Positions 9,157 through 20,532 of a stretch of DNA of 64,000 nt are shown piece by piece. Where the stretch lies: assembly GCA_963777155.1 (NCBI GenBank), contig CAVZPM010000032.1, forward strand, positions 1 through 64,000, given 5' to 3'. The stretch is from Candidatus Bathyarchaeota archaeon (GTDB taxonomy: Archaea > Thermoproteota > Bathyarchaeia > Bathyarchaeales > Bathycorpusculaceae). The notes beneath the pieces were generated by a model. The model was not told the origin of the DNA and searched no databases. It saw only the letters and a list, made by a program, of their open reading frames with translations. Positions within the stretch are counted from its first letter, which is position 1. Each line of letters starts with the position of its first letter. The position numbers and the translations under genes are program-made.

Positions 9157-9795
9157 TTAAACTGTTGTTGGTGGCGGAGAAGTTGAGGTTGCAATGGGTT
9201 GTTCCTGAGGTTTGAGTGTGAAGAAGCCGATTGCTAATATTAATGCAGATATCCACATTAGAATTAGCCCGATTAGCGGAATTATTGCGCCGATTAGAAG
9301 TATTAGACCAGCAGTTCCGAATAAGCCCACGTTTGACTTGTTTGAAACCTGTTTTAGCGAGCGATAGATGAAGAAAGCTGCGATAATGCTAACTACCCAA
9401 GCGATTACCAAAACAACTAGTAGCCCTCCAATAAGTGGAAAGATATCAGATGGAACGATATTGGTTGCGTTGGGAGTCATGCCTTGAAGTGTTGACCAGT
9501 CACCATTCCAACCAGGATAGATTTGGGTTATCAAATCCTCTATGTTTGAAAGGACAACTGCAACCGCGAGTACTCCCACAATGATAGCACCTACTACTGC
9601 GACTGCAACACCATAGATTGCATTGCTAAAGATACCTTTTTCTTTATAATGGTTAGAAAGGCCGTGTAAACCAACTAAGGTCAGAATAACACCCACTATG
9701 CCTATTACCCATGTATATTGAACAAAAGGTATCACTCCGATGAAAAGTAATATTGCACCTATACCGCCTATTGTTTTGCTTGATTCCAGAGTCAT
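9157..9795 (-). CDS. DUF996 family membrane protein
   Basis: K.IGGIGAIL, LS..Y.E..IF, LF.TAGL..LIGA. Confidence 0.85.
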   Translation of the reverse strand: MTLESSKTIGGIGAILLFIGVIPFVQYTWVIGIVGVILTLVGLHGLSNHYKEKGIFSNAIYGVAVAVVGAIIVGVLAVAVVLSNIEDLITQIYPGWNGDWSTLQGMTPNATNIVPSDIFPLIGGLLVVLVIAWVVSIIAAFFIYRSLKQVSNKSNVGLFGTAGLILLIGAIIPLIGLILMWISALILAIGFFTLKPQEQPIATSTSPPPTTV

Positions 9796-9909
9796 TTTAT
9801 TTTCCCTAAGTTTCTGTCATTGTTATTAGGATAAAAGCTTTTTCGTGCACACAAGCAGACTTTAAGTCTCGCATCTTTAGGATTAAGGAACTATTTTTGG
9901 TTAGTTCAA

Positions 9910-10230
9910 TTATTTGCTGTTTTCAAGTTGCCCTTGAAGAATACTGTAGTAAGTCTGTAGGTAGATTTTGCCATCTTCAGTTATCGTGTATACTTTTCTG
10001 GCTCGTCCATCTTTCTGTTGTTTGCTGCTTTCAACAAAGCCTTTTTCTTCAAGGCTGTTTAGCGTGGGGTAGAGTGCTCCATGCCGAAGTTTTATTTTAA
10101 AATCTGTTTCCACCTGTTTTTTGATTTTGTATCCCCATGTTGGTTGTGCTTTAATTATGCGCAGGAGTTGGATGTCTAGTAGATTTCTGATTATGTGTTG
10201 GACAATTTGTTTTTTGTAGGTTTCGGACAT
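9910..10230 (-). CDS. PadR family transcriptional regulator
   Basis: P.WGY.I, GALYPTL..LEEKG, RKVYTIT.DG. Confidence 0.9.
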   Translation of the reverse strand: MSETYKKQIVQHIIRNLLDIQLLRIIKAQPTWGYKIKKQVETDFKIKLRHGALYPTLNSLEEKGFVESSKQQKDGRARKVYTITEDGKIYLQTYYSILQGQLENSK

Positions 10231-10400
10231 TGAATAGCCTTGGTTGGGGGTTGTTTGTGTATGGGTTGATGTTTGGATTTATTTAAGTTATGTTAACTCT
10301 GTTCGTTTGTTGTATTACAAGTTATGCTTGTGTATGCTTGGTGTATGTATCAGGGTTTATATCAGTGTGTAGTAATACTAAGTACTCAAGATATACTCAG

Positions 10401-10422
10401 ATATGTCCGAATAAGGACATAT
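10401..10422. promoter_or_regulatory. candidate PadR operator
   Basis: Perfect inverted repeat ATATGTCC-N6-GGACATAT between the divergent padR genes. Confidence 0.55.
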
Positions 10423-10480
10423 TGTATACAGGTATAACAGAAAGACTGTTCAACAAAAATACAATCCAGGTAGAAGAAAA

Positions 10481-10852
10481 ATGTTTAAACCAAGCTCACA
10501 AAAAGAGGCCTCAACCAAACTAATGAAGGGTCTCCTAGATCTAATAATACTACAATTCTTAAGCACTGAACCAATGCACGGCTACCAAGTCATCATTAAG
10601 ATACGGAAAAACTTCGGTGTATATTTCGGACCAAGCACCATATACCCATTAATGGGCACTTTAGAAAAGAAAGGATATATAGGCAGTCACTGGGACATGA
10701 ATTTTGAACGCCCAAGAAAGGTCTATAGTCTCACAAAGGATGGACAAAACATGTTGAACTATACCGAAGACTCACTTAACATGATCTGCAGAAGAATAGC
10801 AAACACAAACCCCGAGATAACGCAACCTACCGTTGGTATGATAACCACATAA
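10481..10852 (+). CDS. PadR family transcriptional regulator
   Basis: KGLLDLIIL..L..EPMHGY, STIYP, RPRKVYSLT..G. Confidence 0.92.
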   Translation: MFKPSSQKEASTKLMKGLLDLIILQFLSTEPMHGYQVIIKIRKNFGVYFGPSTIYPLMGTLEKKGYIGSHWDMNFERPRKVYSLTKDGQNMLNYTEDSLNMICRRIANTNPEITQPTVGMITT

Positions 10853-11004
10853 GAAAATAACTACTTGATTTTAGAAGCAACGAAGAAAAGGCAAATTCTT
10901 AGCTCTTGCCACAATTTCGAATATTTCACCATTTGAACAAGAAAAAACAAAATGGTTGACTATAGCCTATAAACCTGTTTTAAATACACCTATAAGCAAT
11001 TTCT

Positions 11005-12720
11005 ATGTTAAAGCAGGGTGTTCAGTTGGAGCAAGAAACCAGCAGCAAATCCTTCGAGTTAAACAATCAAACTCTCAAGTTTTGCAGACATATTGCTGGG
11101 TCAGCCAAAATAGTTGCCATCTTGTTATTAGACAATTATTCGATAAATACCTCAAACGAGCGCTCAATTCATGAAATAATGCTGGTTATCAAGAATTTCC
11201 AGCCAAGACTTATGCGGTATCTAAGAAGAGTTAACAATAAAACAATTTTTGTTTTAGCTGTTGACCAATGGGTTTTTGAACGCGATGTCGACAAGGGTTT
11301 TCTGGGGGAGGCTATTGCAAGCAAGCTTATTTTTCCGTATTTGCCCCTTCAAGGTAACGATTATCTGCATGAAAAAGAGGTGGAATTAAAAAAGCGTTTA
11401 ATCCTTGAGCTGCTTGAGAATCTAGTAGTGAATTTCCCGGAACTTGCCCATCGCATCCAAATTAAGCCTCAATACTTCATGTACGAGGTGTTTTCTAATC
11501 GAATTCGTATCTCCCCTCTGATAGCGTATGATTTTACAAACCTTATCAATTACCTTCAGGAAGAAGAACAAGCGCTCAGTTGTTATAGTGAAGCCTTAAA
11601 ACAACTTCAAGCTGAAGAAAAAATCGTTGCCTCAAAAGATTATATAACAATCACCAAGAAATTCATTGCACAAAACCAAGACCCCAAAATCAAAATAATC
11701 AACTTATCAAAAAATATGCCCCGAACGCTGTTCACATCAATTTTCGATGTCATTCCCCAACTTATGAACATCGTTTCCCAAAATACGAATGATTTTCTTA
11801 GAACACAAAAAATAAATTGGAAAAGGCAACCTGACCCAACCTACAGCTTTATTGATCCTCAGAAATATGTTTTCTTCCCAACCTCCAAAGGGCTCATTTC
11901 ATTGTCCGATAAAATTGATATTAGAGCTTTTGCCGAAAGAATGCTACCTAAAGGACAGAACGAAAGCATCGAGGTTGAACACTTGGGCAGCATGCTAAAT
12001 GACGTTTACTTAATCAACGCCCATGGTAAAGGTGGAGCTACCAAAGTATTAGCTAAGCGTTTTAAGGATTGGTCAGGACTAAAATGGTTCCCGTTGACGA
12101 TATGGTCCATTGGCGCAAGGTCCTTTGCCGTTTCAGGTCAAGCCCGGCTAGCTAAGGAATATGCGATCAGTGAGCTTTTACATAGTGCAGGGTTTAATGT
12201 TCCTAAGATTTTACATGTTAGCAATGCTGAGCGAATAGTGTTTATGGAATATATTGAGGGGGTAAACCTTAGTGATTCCATTAAGCAGGCAGCAACCTCA
12301 AAAGACCCCGTAATTCTTGAAGATGTACTCGATAAGATTATCCGAGTTGGCGAGATATTTGCGAAGGTTCACTCCCACAATGTTTCTTTAGGCGACACCA
12401 AGCCGGATAATGTGCTAATTACTAAAGGCGGAGAGATTTTCCTTATCGACTTTGAGCAAGCCACCCAAGACAGCGACGAAGCTTGGGACATAGCAGTGTT
12501 CCTTTACTATAGCGGATATTATCTTCAACCATTTATTAGCAATGCCAAGGCAGAATCACTTACAAAAGCATTCATAGAGGGATACTTGAAAGGCGGGGGA
12601 GACGTAGCCAAAGTGAATGAAGCGGGAGCACCCAAGTACACGCGGGTTTTCAGCATCTTTACACCGCCACCAATTCTTCGCGCCATATCGGATATCTGCA
12701 AAAAACAGAAAAAACAATAG
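11005..12720 (+). CDS. atypical kinase (RIO1/Bud32/Kdo-kinase-like C-terminal domain) with long N-terminal region
   Basis: LAKRF, GFNVPKIL, MEYIEG, LGDTKPDN, IDFEQ, AWDIA. Confidence 0.8.
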   Translation: MLKQGVQLEQETSSKSFELNNQTLKFCRHIAGSAKIVAILLLDNYSINTSNERSIHEIMLVIKNFQPRLMRYLRRVNNKTIFVLAVDQWVFERDVDKGFLGEAIASKLIFPYLPLQGNDYLHEKEVELKKRLILELLENLVVNFPELAHRIQIKPQYFMYEVFSNRIRISPLIAYDFTNLINYLQEEEQALSCYSEALKQLQAEEKIVASKDYITITKKFIAQNQDPKIKIINLSKNMPRTLFTSIFDVIPQLMNIVSQNTNDFLRTQKINWKRQPDPTYSFIDPQKYVFFPTSKGLISLSDKIDIRAFAERMLPKGQNESIEVEHLGSMLNDVYLINAHGKGGATKVLAKRFKDWSGLKWFPLTIWSIGARSFAVSGQARLAKEYAISELLHSAGFNVPKILHVSNAERIVFMEYIEGVNLSDSIKQAATSKDPVILEDVLDKIIRVGEIFAKVHSHNVSLGDTKPDNVLITKGGEIFLIDFEQATQDSDEAWDIAVFLYYSGYYLQPFISNAKAESLTKAFIEGYLKGGGDVAKVNEAGAPKYTRVFSIFTPPPILRAISDICKKQKKQ

Positions 12721-13211
12721 AAGTCAAGCTAAACCTTTGGCAGTTGTGATTGAACCACCAACAAGACGAGCCAACTGACTTCTACAAAATGTAAGTCGAA
12801 GCGAATCTTGACAAGATTGCATCACAAGTTGACGGCATCAAGCTTGCCTATTTTCATTCTCAGACATTGACCTTTCAATACACTTAATAAAATTAACAAG
12901 AAAAACAATAGTTACTTTGTTGTTTCACTGAGATAGATCTACCTGTAAGATGCAGGCCAGTGCAACAAGCATCTCCAAGTTCACTCGTTTGCAGATGATG
13001 AAATATTGATTCTTCGAACGTCGAAGAAGCGCGATGACAAATGGGAAAACAATTGATTGCACTTTTAGCGAGGAACGACAAGATTTTCGATATCTTCGAG
13101 GTTTCGAAGATACAATGAAAATAGCTTTAGCAGCCTCTTCTAAACACCATTCTGACTATCGAGTAAGAGTTATTTACTTTAAAACCAAACTAGTAATAGT
13201 TGCGGATTTTT

Positions 13212-13505
13212 ATGACCGAATTATACTATAAAGGTTTGTACAGGGTTAAGGTTGTTACGGAAAGTGAAGGCTACTGGATTGTGGAGGCTCTGGAAGATTT
13301 CAAGGATTGCATTGAAGGTGAAAAAGTTCCTGTTAAAACGGGGGAAAGACGAATTGTACAACCCGTAGATGTGATTAAGAAAGATACTTTGCCGCCTATG
13401 ATTCCTGAGCACGCTTATGAGTTACAACTTGAAAAGAAAGTTAAACGTATGGTTGAGGAGTTCGAGAAAAAAGGAAACGTAAAAAACAACGGCTTGTCGT
13501 CGTAG
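13212..13505 (+). CDS. hypothetical protein
   Basis: Clean ORF MTELYYKGLYRVKVV...; coding-like composition. Confidence 0.7.
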   Translation: MTELYYKGLYRVKVVTESEGYWIVEALEDFKDCIEGEKVPVKTGERRIVQPVDVIKKDTLPPMIPEHAYELQLEKKVKRMVEEFEKKGNVKNNGLSS

Positions 13506-13553
13506 TCACGTGTAAAACTTACCTATTTGGTCTCCATTCAAGCGATTCCATCA

Positions 13554-13597
13554 GGTGAATAACCTTACAGGTTACCACACCCATAAAGTTATTCACC
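13554..13597. terminator. 10-bp inverted repeat (terminator or operator)
   Basis: GGTGAATAAC...GTTATTCACC followed by CTTT, between the hypothetical gene and rubrerythrin. Confidence 0.4.
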
Positions 13598-13774
13598 CTT
13601 TGCCGTCTGAGTAACTCTGAATTTTCATCCAACAAGTGTCAATCTAATGCCTTCTCATCATTCGGCAAAACAACTAATGTGTGAATGAAAAATAAAAGCA
13701 TTGACGTCTAAAAAGAAGAAGCTGGGAACACTTTTATTTTAGTTTCAGATATCAAAAGGTAGGAGTTAAATCGT

Positions 13775-14347
13775 ATGGATTTTATTGGAAGTCAAACAGA
13801 AAAAAACCTTTTAGCTGCATTTGCAGGGGAATCCCAAGCACGTAACCGTTACACATTCTTTGCCAGCATAGCCAAAAAAGAAGGATATGAGCAAATTGGC
13901 GCAATCTTCGAGGAAACTGCTGCCAACGAAAAGGAGCACGCGGAACTTTTCTTTAAACACCTCAAAGGTGGAATAGTTGAGATTAAAGCATCTTACCCAG
14001 CGGGTATTATGGATTCAACTGTTGAGAATCTTAAAGCTGCAGCCGCCGGCGAGAAAGCTGAGTGGGGTTCAATTTACCCAAACTTTGGGGATACCGCTGA
14101 AAAAGAAGGTTTCAAGGATGTAGCTTGGACTTTTCGGAGTGTTGCCAAAGTTGAGGCTTACCATGAACGCCGCTACAATAAACTAGTTGAGAGCCTGCAG
14201 AAAGGCAAGGTGTTTGTGAAGGATGCACCGATTAAATGGAAATGTAGAAACTGTGGTTTAGTCATTGAGGGAACATCAGCTCCAGACAAATGCCCAACAT
14301 GCGCTCATCCCAAAGCATATTTTGAAGCGTGGGTTGAAAACTATTAG
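13775..14347 (+). CDS. rbr: rubrerythrin
   Basis: NLLAAFAGESQARNRY, E..HA, WKCRNCG, CPTCAHP. Confidence 0.97.
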   Translation: MDFIGSQTEKNLLAAFAGESQARNRYTFFASIAKKEGYEQIGAIFEETAANEKEHAELFFKHLKGGIVEIKASYPAGIMDSTVENLKAAAAGEKAEWGSIYPNFGDTAEKEGFKDVAWTFRSVAKVEAYHERRYNKLVESLQKGKVFVKDAPIKWKCRNCGLVIEGTSAPDKCPTCAHPKAYFEAWVENY

Positions 14348-14497
14348 CTAAATCATTCCCCTTTCTTATTTTATGAAACGAATCGACTCGCCCGCCTTTG
14401 AATGGGTTGACTTGAAAGATAGCTTAATATTCTTGAGAAAACGTAAATGATTAAGCTCTCCATATCCCGAGGTCGGGAGAAAAGCACACAAAACTGT

Positions 14498-14574
14498 GCC
14501 GAGGTAGCTCAGCCTGGGAGAGCGCTCGGCTGAAGACCGAGTCGTCGCATGTTCAAACCCTGCCCTCGGCACCA
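14498..14574 (+). tRNA. tRNA-Phe(GAA)
   Basis: GCCGAGG...CCTCGGC-ACCA; anticodon arm CTCGG-CTGAAGA-CCGAG; one T-stem mismatch. Confidence 0.95.
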
Positions 14575-14687
14575 CCATGTTAACTTGGAATATAATCTGT
14601 TGCACGAACTCAACGGAGAGCAACGTTCTTTTCAGAATCAAACTTTATTACATTATTTGTTATTTCTCAATAGCCAAGGTTTTGATT

Positions 14688-15240
14688 ATGGAACTTGATG
14701 CATGTATTAAAGGCAGAAGAAGCGTTCGAGCTTACACAGAAGAACCAGTTTCCAAAGAACAAATTGAATCCGTACTTGAAGCAGGTATTTGGGCTCCGAC
14801 AGGGATGCATAGGGAACCTTGGAGATTCATAGTTATCGAAGATAAGAAACTGATAAAGTACGTCTCTGATGAAACCAAGCTTTTAGTCCAGCAAATGATG
14901 CCGCCATTAGCTAAAAAATTCTCCACTACAGCTGATATAATCTGTTACAATGCACCCATGCTTATTTTAGTATGCACTGAAAAAGATGAACAGTGGGCTA
15001 ACATCAATTTGCTTGACAGCGTGCTTGCTGCGCAGAACATGTTTTTAAAGGCCTACGAGCTGGGGTCTTGGAACATGCTATATGGGTTTTGTTAACTTCC
15101 TAAACAATAAACCAGAAGCGCTCAAGAAGATTGGTGTCCCAGAGAACTATACGCTGATGGTTCCGTTCATCATTGGTCACCCAAAAACAAAGCAAGGCGC
15201 AGGAAAAAGAAACAAACTTGTGACAAAATGGATAAAGTAA
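14688..15240 (+). CDS. nitroreductase family protein (frameshift near 15062-15070)
   Basis: RRSVRAY, APTG...EPWRF, AAQNM.L.A; continues in another frame as GTCYMGF...IGHP to stop at 15240. Confidence 0.88.
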
Positions 15241-15296
15241 ATAGAAATGCTATGACACTAAATAGTCCGGTTAACCCCAAAACCCAATATTTACCC

Positions 15297-15890
15297 TTAT
15301 TTTTTAAGGGGTCTTCCTTTTGGCATAACTATAACTTGATTGCATTCTCCATATGCGACTGCTTTTCCCTCTAAAAACAGCTTTCCAACATATGCACACG
15401 TTGCAGCATCCAATTCGTGGTCACTTAAACTTTTATCTAGTCCTTCTATGCCCAGTTTTTGTAGACCCGCCAACAAATTCTCGATACCTCGTTGTTTTCT
15501 GGGTATACCAAGAACGTCTTGCGCTCCTCCAGGATAAGCCTCAATAATGACTAATTTTTGAGCTTCGAAGATGCTTTTTAGCTGAATGCCACGTTGAGTT
15601 AGTTTTCTCATGGGACCTAACGTTATTGGAAAAAGTTTTATACCCATTTTGAGGAGTTCTCTGTCGCTTTCTCTTAGGTGAATACTGGTTTTTTCTTCAA
15701 TTGTTCTTCTTCCAGGCGGTAGACATAAAGGAGCATCGATAGCCACAACTTGGGGGTTGCTTTCCTTAACTTTCTGGATTATGTCCTGGTCTTTGTAAAT
15801 TAAACATGTTTTGGCTTTCATGCCTGTAAGAGTACAGAAGCCTGTGGGTCGGGTTTCAACTCCTGCCAAATCTAAACCAATTATCGTCAC
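15297..15890 (-). CDS. DUF429 family (RNase H-like fold) protein
   Basis: IGLDLAG, VAIDAPL, IEAYP, HELDA. Confidence 0.88.
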   Translation of the reverse strand: MTIIGLDLAGVETRPTGFCTLTGMKAKTCLIYKDQDIIQKVKESNPQVVAIDAPLCLPPGRRTIEEKTSIHLRESDRELLKMGIKLFPITLGPMRKLTQRGIQLKSIFEAQKLVIIEAYPGGAQDVLGIPRKQRGIENLLAGLQKLGIEGLDKSLSDHELDAATCAYVGKLFLEGKAVAYGECNQVIVMPKGRPLKK

Positions 15891-16102
15891 ATGTCCTCTG
15901 GGTTAACATTGTAGTTTTTGGCTAATATTTCTTCACATTTGCCCACCGCAAAACGCTATGATAAGACCGCGGTTTTTCATTAAAAAATGGTAAATTCAAC
16001 ATTTTTTCTGTTTAAAAAAGCCCTGTTTTAGCCATTTATCAGGCAAGCGATAGAAAGTGTTTTAAATACATACATATGATACGTTCCATCAGAGGAATAA
16101 TC

Positions 16103-16267
16103 ATGGCAAAATGTCCCACATGTGGAAAAGAAGTCAAGACGCCAAAGAAAACCTGGAAGATGGCTGGGAAACCAGACAAAAAAGGCAAACGGACCCAACT
16201 TACCATAGCACTGTATGATTGCTGCGGTAAGACTTTCCGCGAAGTCTTAGACAAGAAAAAGATTTAA
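16103..16267 (+). CDS. Cren7-like chromatin protein, zinc-ribbon type
   Basis: CPTCGKEV..P.KTW.M...P..KG....IALY.CCGK.FR resembles Cren7 P.K.W...P.G..IGLF...GK.FR. Confidence 0.7.
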   Translation: MAKCPTCGKEVKTPKKTWKMAGKPDKKGKRTQLTIALYDCCGKTFREVLDKKKI

Positions 16268-16350
16268 ATCAAAATCTCCCAGTCTCTTTTTCTATTTTTT
16301 CTGTTCATCTTTCCATATTGTGGGTACTCGATAGTTATCAAACCCAACAA

Positions 16351-17033
16351 TTAGGACAAACTACTCGTAATCACCGTGCAAATTGTCTCGCGCCCATCTA
16401 AAATCGCTGCAATCCGTTCAGGAAACAAACCGTTAACTACAAAGCAGTCAATAGATGTTTTCAAAAGCAACTTAGGCAAAGCTTTATCGACGCTTGTCCG
16501 CTTATTCGTCGCTATAAGTTGGCTAGCGGATATACTTTTGATTAATTCTGCTTCTGACGCTATCTTTGGGTCGTTTGTGCAAACACCGTCAACATCTGTA
16601 ACCAACAAAACCTTTGTTACCTGTAACCGGACTGCGAGGTAAACTGGCGATTGAGTCAGAAGTAACATCCCAAGAATTTTCCAACGGATCTTGCTTAAAG
16701 AGTAGTTCTGAGGGCAAAAAAATCGGCAAACGACCAGAATCCAAAGCACGTTTAGTTTCGGACAGTGTGGTCACAGTAACTGATAGTGGAATTAAATCTG
16801 AAAGCAAAAAACCATATTGATCCATTCCTAAAATTGCCATCCGATGTGATACATTGCGAGAGAGGTGAAAACTTTTCATCTAATCTCCGTGTGACATCTG
16901 CAAATTCGCCACCTCCAGGCACAACGATCAAACTGTGATTTCTGGAGAACTCGCTTAGCATAGTACATAATGTCTTCAGTTTTTCTGGGTATGCCATTAG
17001 GCTACCGCCTATCTTCACGACAAGTGCGTTCAT
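16351..17033 (-). CDS. mfnE: amino-acid-kinase family, MfnE-like furan-phosphate kinase (frameshifted)
   Basis: VVKIGGS, VPGGGEFAD, H.MAILGMDQYG, SWDVTSDSIA, TDVDG across three frames; last gene of mfn operon. Confidence 0.8.
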
Positions 17034-18093
17034 TTGATGGGCTCCCCTTCGAGTTTGTTCGCCATCATTTGGGCAACCCCAAAGGCAGGTGTAGCTAAAA
17101 CTGCTTCTTTAGGCAATATTGTTCCCAAATCCACTATGGCATCCACCCCTAGTTCTTGAGCGGCTTTGGCTGCGAGAAAGCTTTTTCCAAGCCCAGTAAC
17201 CACCACTGGAACCTCAACTGAAACCACTCGACTTTGTGTATAAGTAGACTTTTGTTAAGCCTTCAAGTAATCTGCCTGATTTGTCTGTTGCAGATAAATT
17301 TTGCCATGCTAATGATTTCTTCTTGAGTTAACATTTCGGTGTCGGCACAGACAACTCTAGCAAGCCTTGCGAAAGCTTCTCCAACGGTTTTTCCCCGCCC
17401 ATCTGCCGTTTCGCTAGTGTAATCTTCTATGGCGATGTTTCCTAAGATAAGGTGTACGTCAGCTGATAAAGCGAAAAGCTCAGAAGATACGCTTGCAATG
17501 CCGCTTCGGATGGGGATGGACTGCACGATTGCAGCCACGTTCGTTCTCAAGCTTCCCGTGTAGACTAGTTCGCCGCAGAGGAGCTTGTCCAAATCTGTCT
17601 TTCCAAGGGCTACAACTTGGCCATTCACTATTGGGATTATACTTGTGCTGGTGGATCCAACGTCAACGACAACGCAGTTTTTCAGTTGTTGAGCTACTAG
17701 CCAACCTGTTGCTGCCCAATTCGCCGCCGCTACTCGGAGTGGTTTATGTAAGACAACCTCAATTGGTTCTAATTTGGCTTCAGTGTTTAAAACATAAATG
17801 GGAGTTTCAGTAAAAATCTGCATAAAACAACTCAAAATATGGTTGACTCCTTCCCTTTTTGTTTGGTAGGCATCCGATAATTCAGCGGTCATAGTTACGC
17901 CTACACCATCAAGCCTGCAATTGCACAGTTGATTTTTAAGCTTTAAGAGTACATCAGCAAGTTTTTCAGGGTGTTTCCAGACTGGAAAATACTCAACTGC
18001 AACTTTTGCATCGAAACATTTCCCGTCTCTGACGCTGATATAGGCTGCTTTTGTGTTTGCTCCCCCTACATCAAAGCCTAATACATCAACCAA
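17030..18093 (-). CDS. mfnF: hydantoinase/oxoprolinase-family MfnF (frameshifted near 17260)
   Basis: GFDVGGANTK, MTAELSD...K.EGV, AAANW, DVGSTST, GELVYTG.LRT, LARVVCAD. Confidence 0.88.
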
Positions 18094-18103
18094 ATCTTTT
18101 TCC

Positions 18104-19332
18104 TCAACCGATAATGCTGTACAGTTTCTTTTTAGCTTCTTCTATATCAAAGATCGCTTCATCCAAGGTTGCTCCGTTACCGATTAGAAGGGCACATGAT
18201 TTGGCGTTGTCTTCCAAAGGAAAAGCTGGAGAAACAACAGCATCCATGTTTGACTGATATTTTTGAAAGTAACCATTGTGGGTTTAGGTGTTTCTGTTTT
18301 CAGAAAGCATGCAATCCCTCGGTTTTCTGGTCTATCAGGAAGGTTACCTTTCAAAACTGCGTTCTCAATGGCTTTAGCAAGGTTGAAGTTGACAACTTTT
18401 CGTAAACCAACATAAGAAGTTGTTAACCGAGGATTAACATCAACCACATAGGGCATATCTAGTGCCAAGACTAAATCAACACCAACATAACCCCAAAGCC
18501 CATAGATTGACTTGACTACTTTTTCCGCTAAATCAAACGCTTCTTGTTTGAATGGGTGGTCCAATGGAACGCAGCCGCCGTTGTAACTTGAAAACGCTTC
18601 TGGTCCAGTCATGGCTATGTTTTGTCTGTTTAGACTAATCGCTAAGGCTTTATTTTTTGTTGCAAGCAGACTAACGCTTACTGATTCTCCTTCGATGAAT
18701 TCTTGGGCAATAAAGTACGAAGCACTTAGATTCAGCTTTTTATTTTTGCAATGGCTTTTCCTATTTGGCTTTCCTCTTTTAAGAGGCTTAATCCATTGCA
18801 TCCAACTCCATCCACTGGCTTGAAAACCAACGGATAGCTTAGTTGTTGCTTAATGGTTTGTCTGGTTTTTTGACAAAGTGTCTGAGATGTTAATCAGTAG
18901 AGTCTTTGGTATTGGAAAACCTTGTTCTTTCAAATTGGTATAAAGAAGCGCTTTGTCTGCTACTTTGGCTATAGTTGTAGATTTGCAGTTGAGTGTTGTT
19001 TTGCCTGTTTTTTCGGCAAGTTCCACAATTGTTTGCAGTGTTTGTCCTGTTTCAGGCGCTATAATGTAGATTGAATCGTTGATTTTTGCGAGGTTCGTCA
19101 AGAGTTTTTCAGGTTCTTCGGGGTACATGATTGGAAAAGTATGGTCGGCATCTATTGGGGGATTGAGTTTGGATAGTCTTGCATCTAGCAGAATGGTAAC
19201 TTCATCTCCGTTCGCTTTAAAATCTGCGACAACACTACGTAGCATCCCAAAACCTTCTGCTAAAATGCCAGTGGGTAACTGTTGCCCAGCGTATCCGCCG
19301 CCTGAGGCATACTCGTAAAGGATAATCTTCAA
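18104..19332 (-). CDS. mfnD: ATP-grasp tyramine--L-glutamate ligase MfnD (frameshifted)
   Basis: YEYASGG, IAPE, QEFIEG..VSV, YVGVD, DVNPRLTTSY; pieces joined across frames. Confidence 0.83.
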
Positions 19333-19373
19333 TCTTTGCCCTCTAAGAATCGATGTGGAACTTTAAAGGTGCC

Positions 19374-20513
19374 TTAAAGCTTTTCGATTTCAACTAAATC
19401 TTTCAGAAAAGCAGCCACATGCCTCCTCTTAACATGAGGCATAACAACGATTCTAACACAATCGTACCTTGGAACATAAGAAACAAACCAACCTTGCTTC
19501 CATAGTTTCTTCAGCTAAACTCTGGGTATTTTGACCTTTAAAAGCAACTATGTTCAGTGTAGGTTCTACCAATAGGTCAAAACCAGCTCTTTTGATGCCC
19601 TCAGCGAGCATCTTTGTGTTTTTCATACATTCAGAGACAATTTTTCGGTAACCTTCCATACCAAGAGCTCTAAAGACTGCCCATGCTGAAGCAGCAGCGG
19701 CACCTGTTCTTGTTCCAACTAAAAGTGTATTGTTCCTTATCCGTTAGGTAAGGTGTTTCGGTTTTGATGCTATCCAGCATTTGGGCGTCTTTAAAGAGGA
19801 TTCCACCTGCGGGAATAGCCGCCATGCCCATTTTGTGGGGGTCAACGGTGATGGATTTCACACCTTCTAAGATTAAAATCAAAGACGGGTTTAGGTTCAG
19901 TTAGAAATGGAATCACTAAACCGCCAAATGCTGCGTCAACATGCAAAAAGATTCCGTGGTTTGATGCAATCTTTGAAAGCTTATCGATGGGGTCTACTGC
20001 ACCTAACTCTGCGGTTCCAGCTGTGCCCACTATGGCGACCGTGTTCTTGCTGATGCATCCCTCAACTTCTGAAGGGTTTACCTTAAAGGTGCTGTCCAAC
20101 CTTGCATAAACTGGTTTTAGGTTCAGGAGACTGCAGATTTTTGTAAATGAGAAATGGGCTGATTCTGGAAGAATCACTTCTGGCTGGGTGTTTTTTGCCA
20201 TGTTTCTTGCCGCTAATAACGCCATCAGGTTTGCTTCTGTTCCACCTGAAACAATGAAGCCTGCTGCGTTTTTGTTTTGGAGAAGGGTTGCAAGCTGCTT
20301 TATGACTTCTTTTTCAAGTTGGGCGCTTCCAGGAAATAATCCTGAATCACCCAGGTTTGATTCAAAAAACATTTGATAGGCTTTTTTTGCCAATGGATGA
20401 GGTTTGGTGCACATTGAACATAGAATTCTGCCATTATCGTAATGGTTGTCTAGAGCATGGATCTTTCTTAGTTCTTCAAAAACATGCTTGCTGCTTAACC
20501 CTTTAGGCTGCAA
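19374..20513 (-). CDS. mfnA: PLP-dependent L-tyrosine decarboxylase MfnA (frameshifted)
   Basis: [48 protein letters not shown]. Confidence 0.92.
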
Positions 20514-20532
20514 AACTAAACCCTCTTGACGT

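Noticed and set aside
12893-13231. Two short ORFs upstream of the 13212 gene
   Set aside because: No motifs, and they overlap each other and the likely promoter of the next gene.
14366-14641. 91-aa minus-strand ORF
   Set aside because: Antisense to tRNA-Phe; VPRAGFEHAT is the typical tRNA shadow translation.
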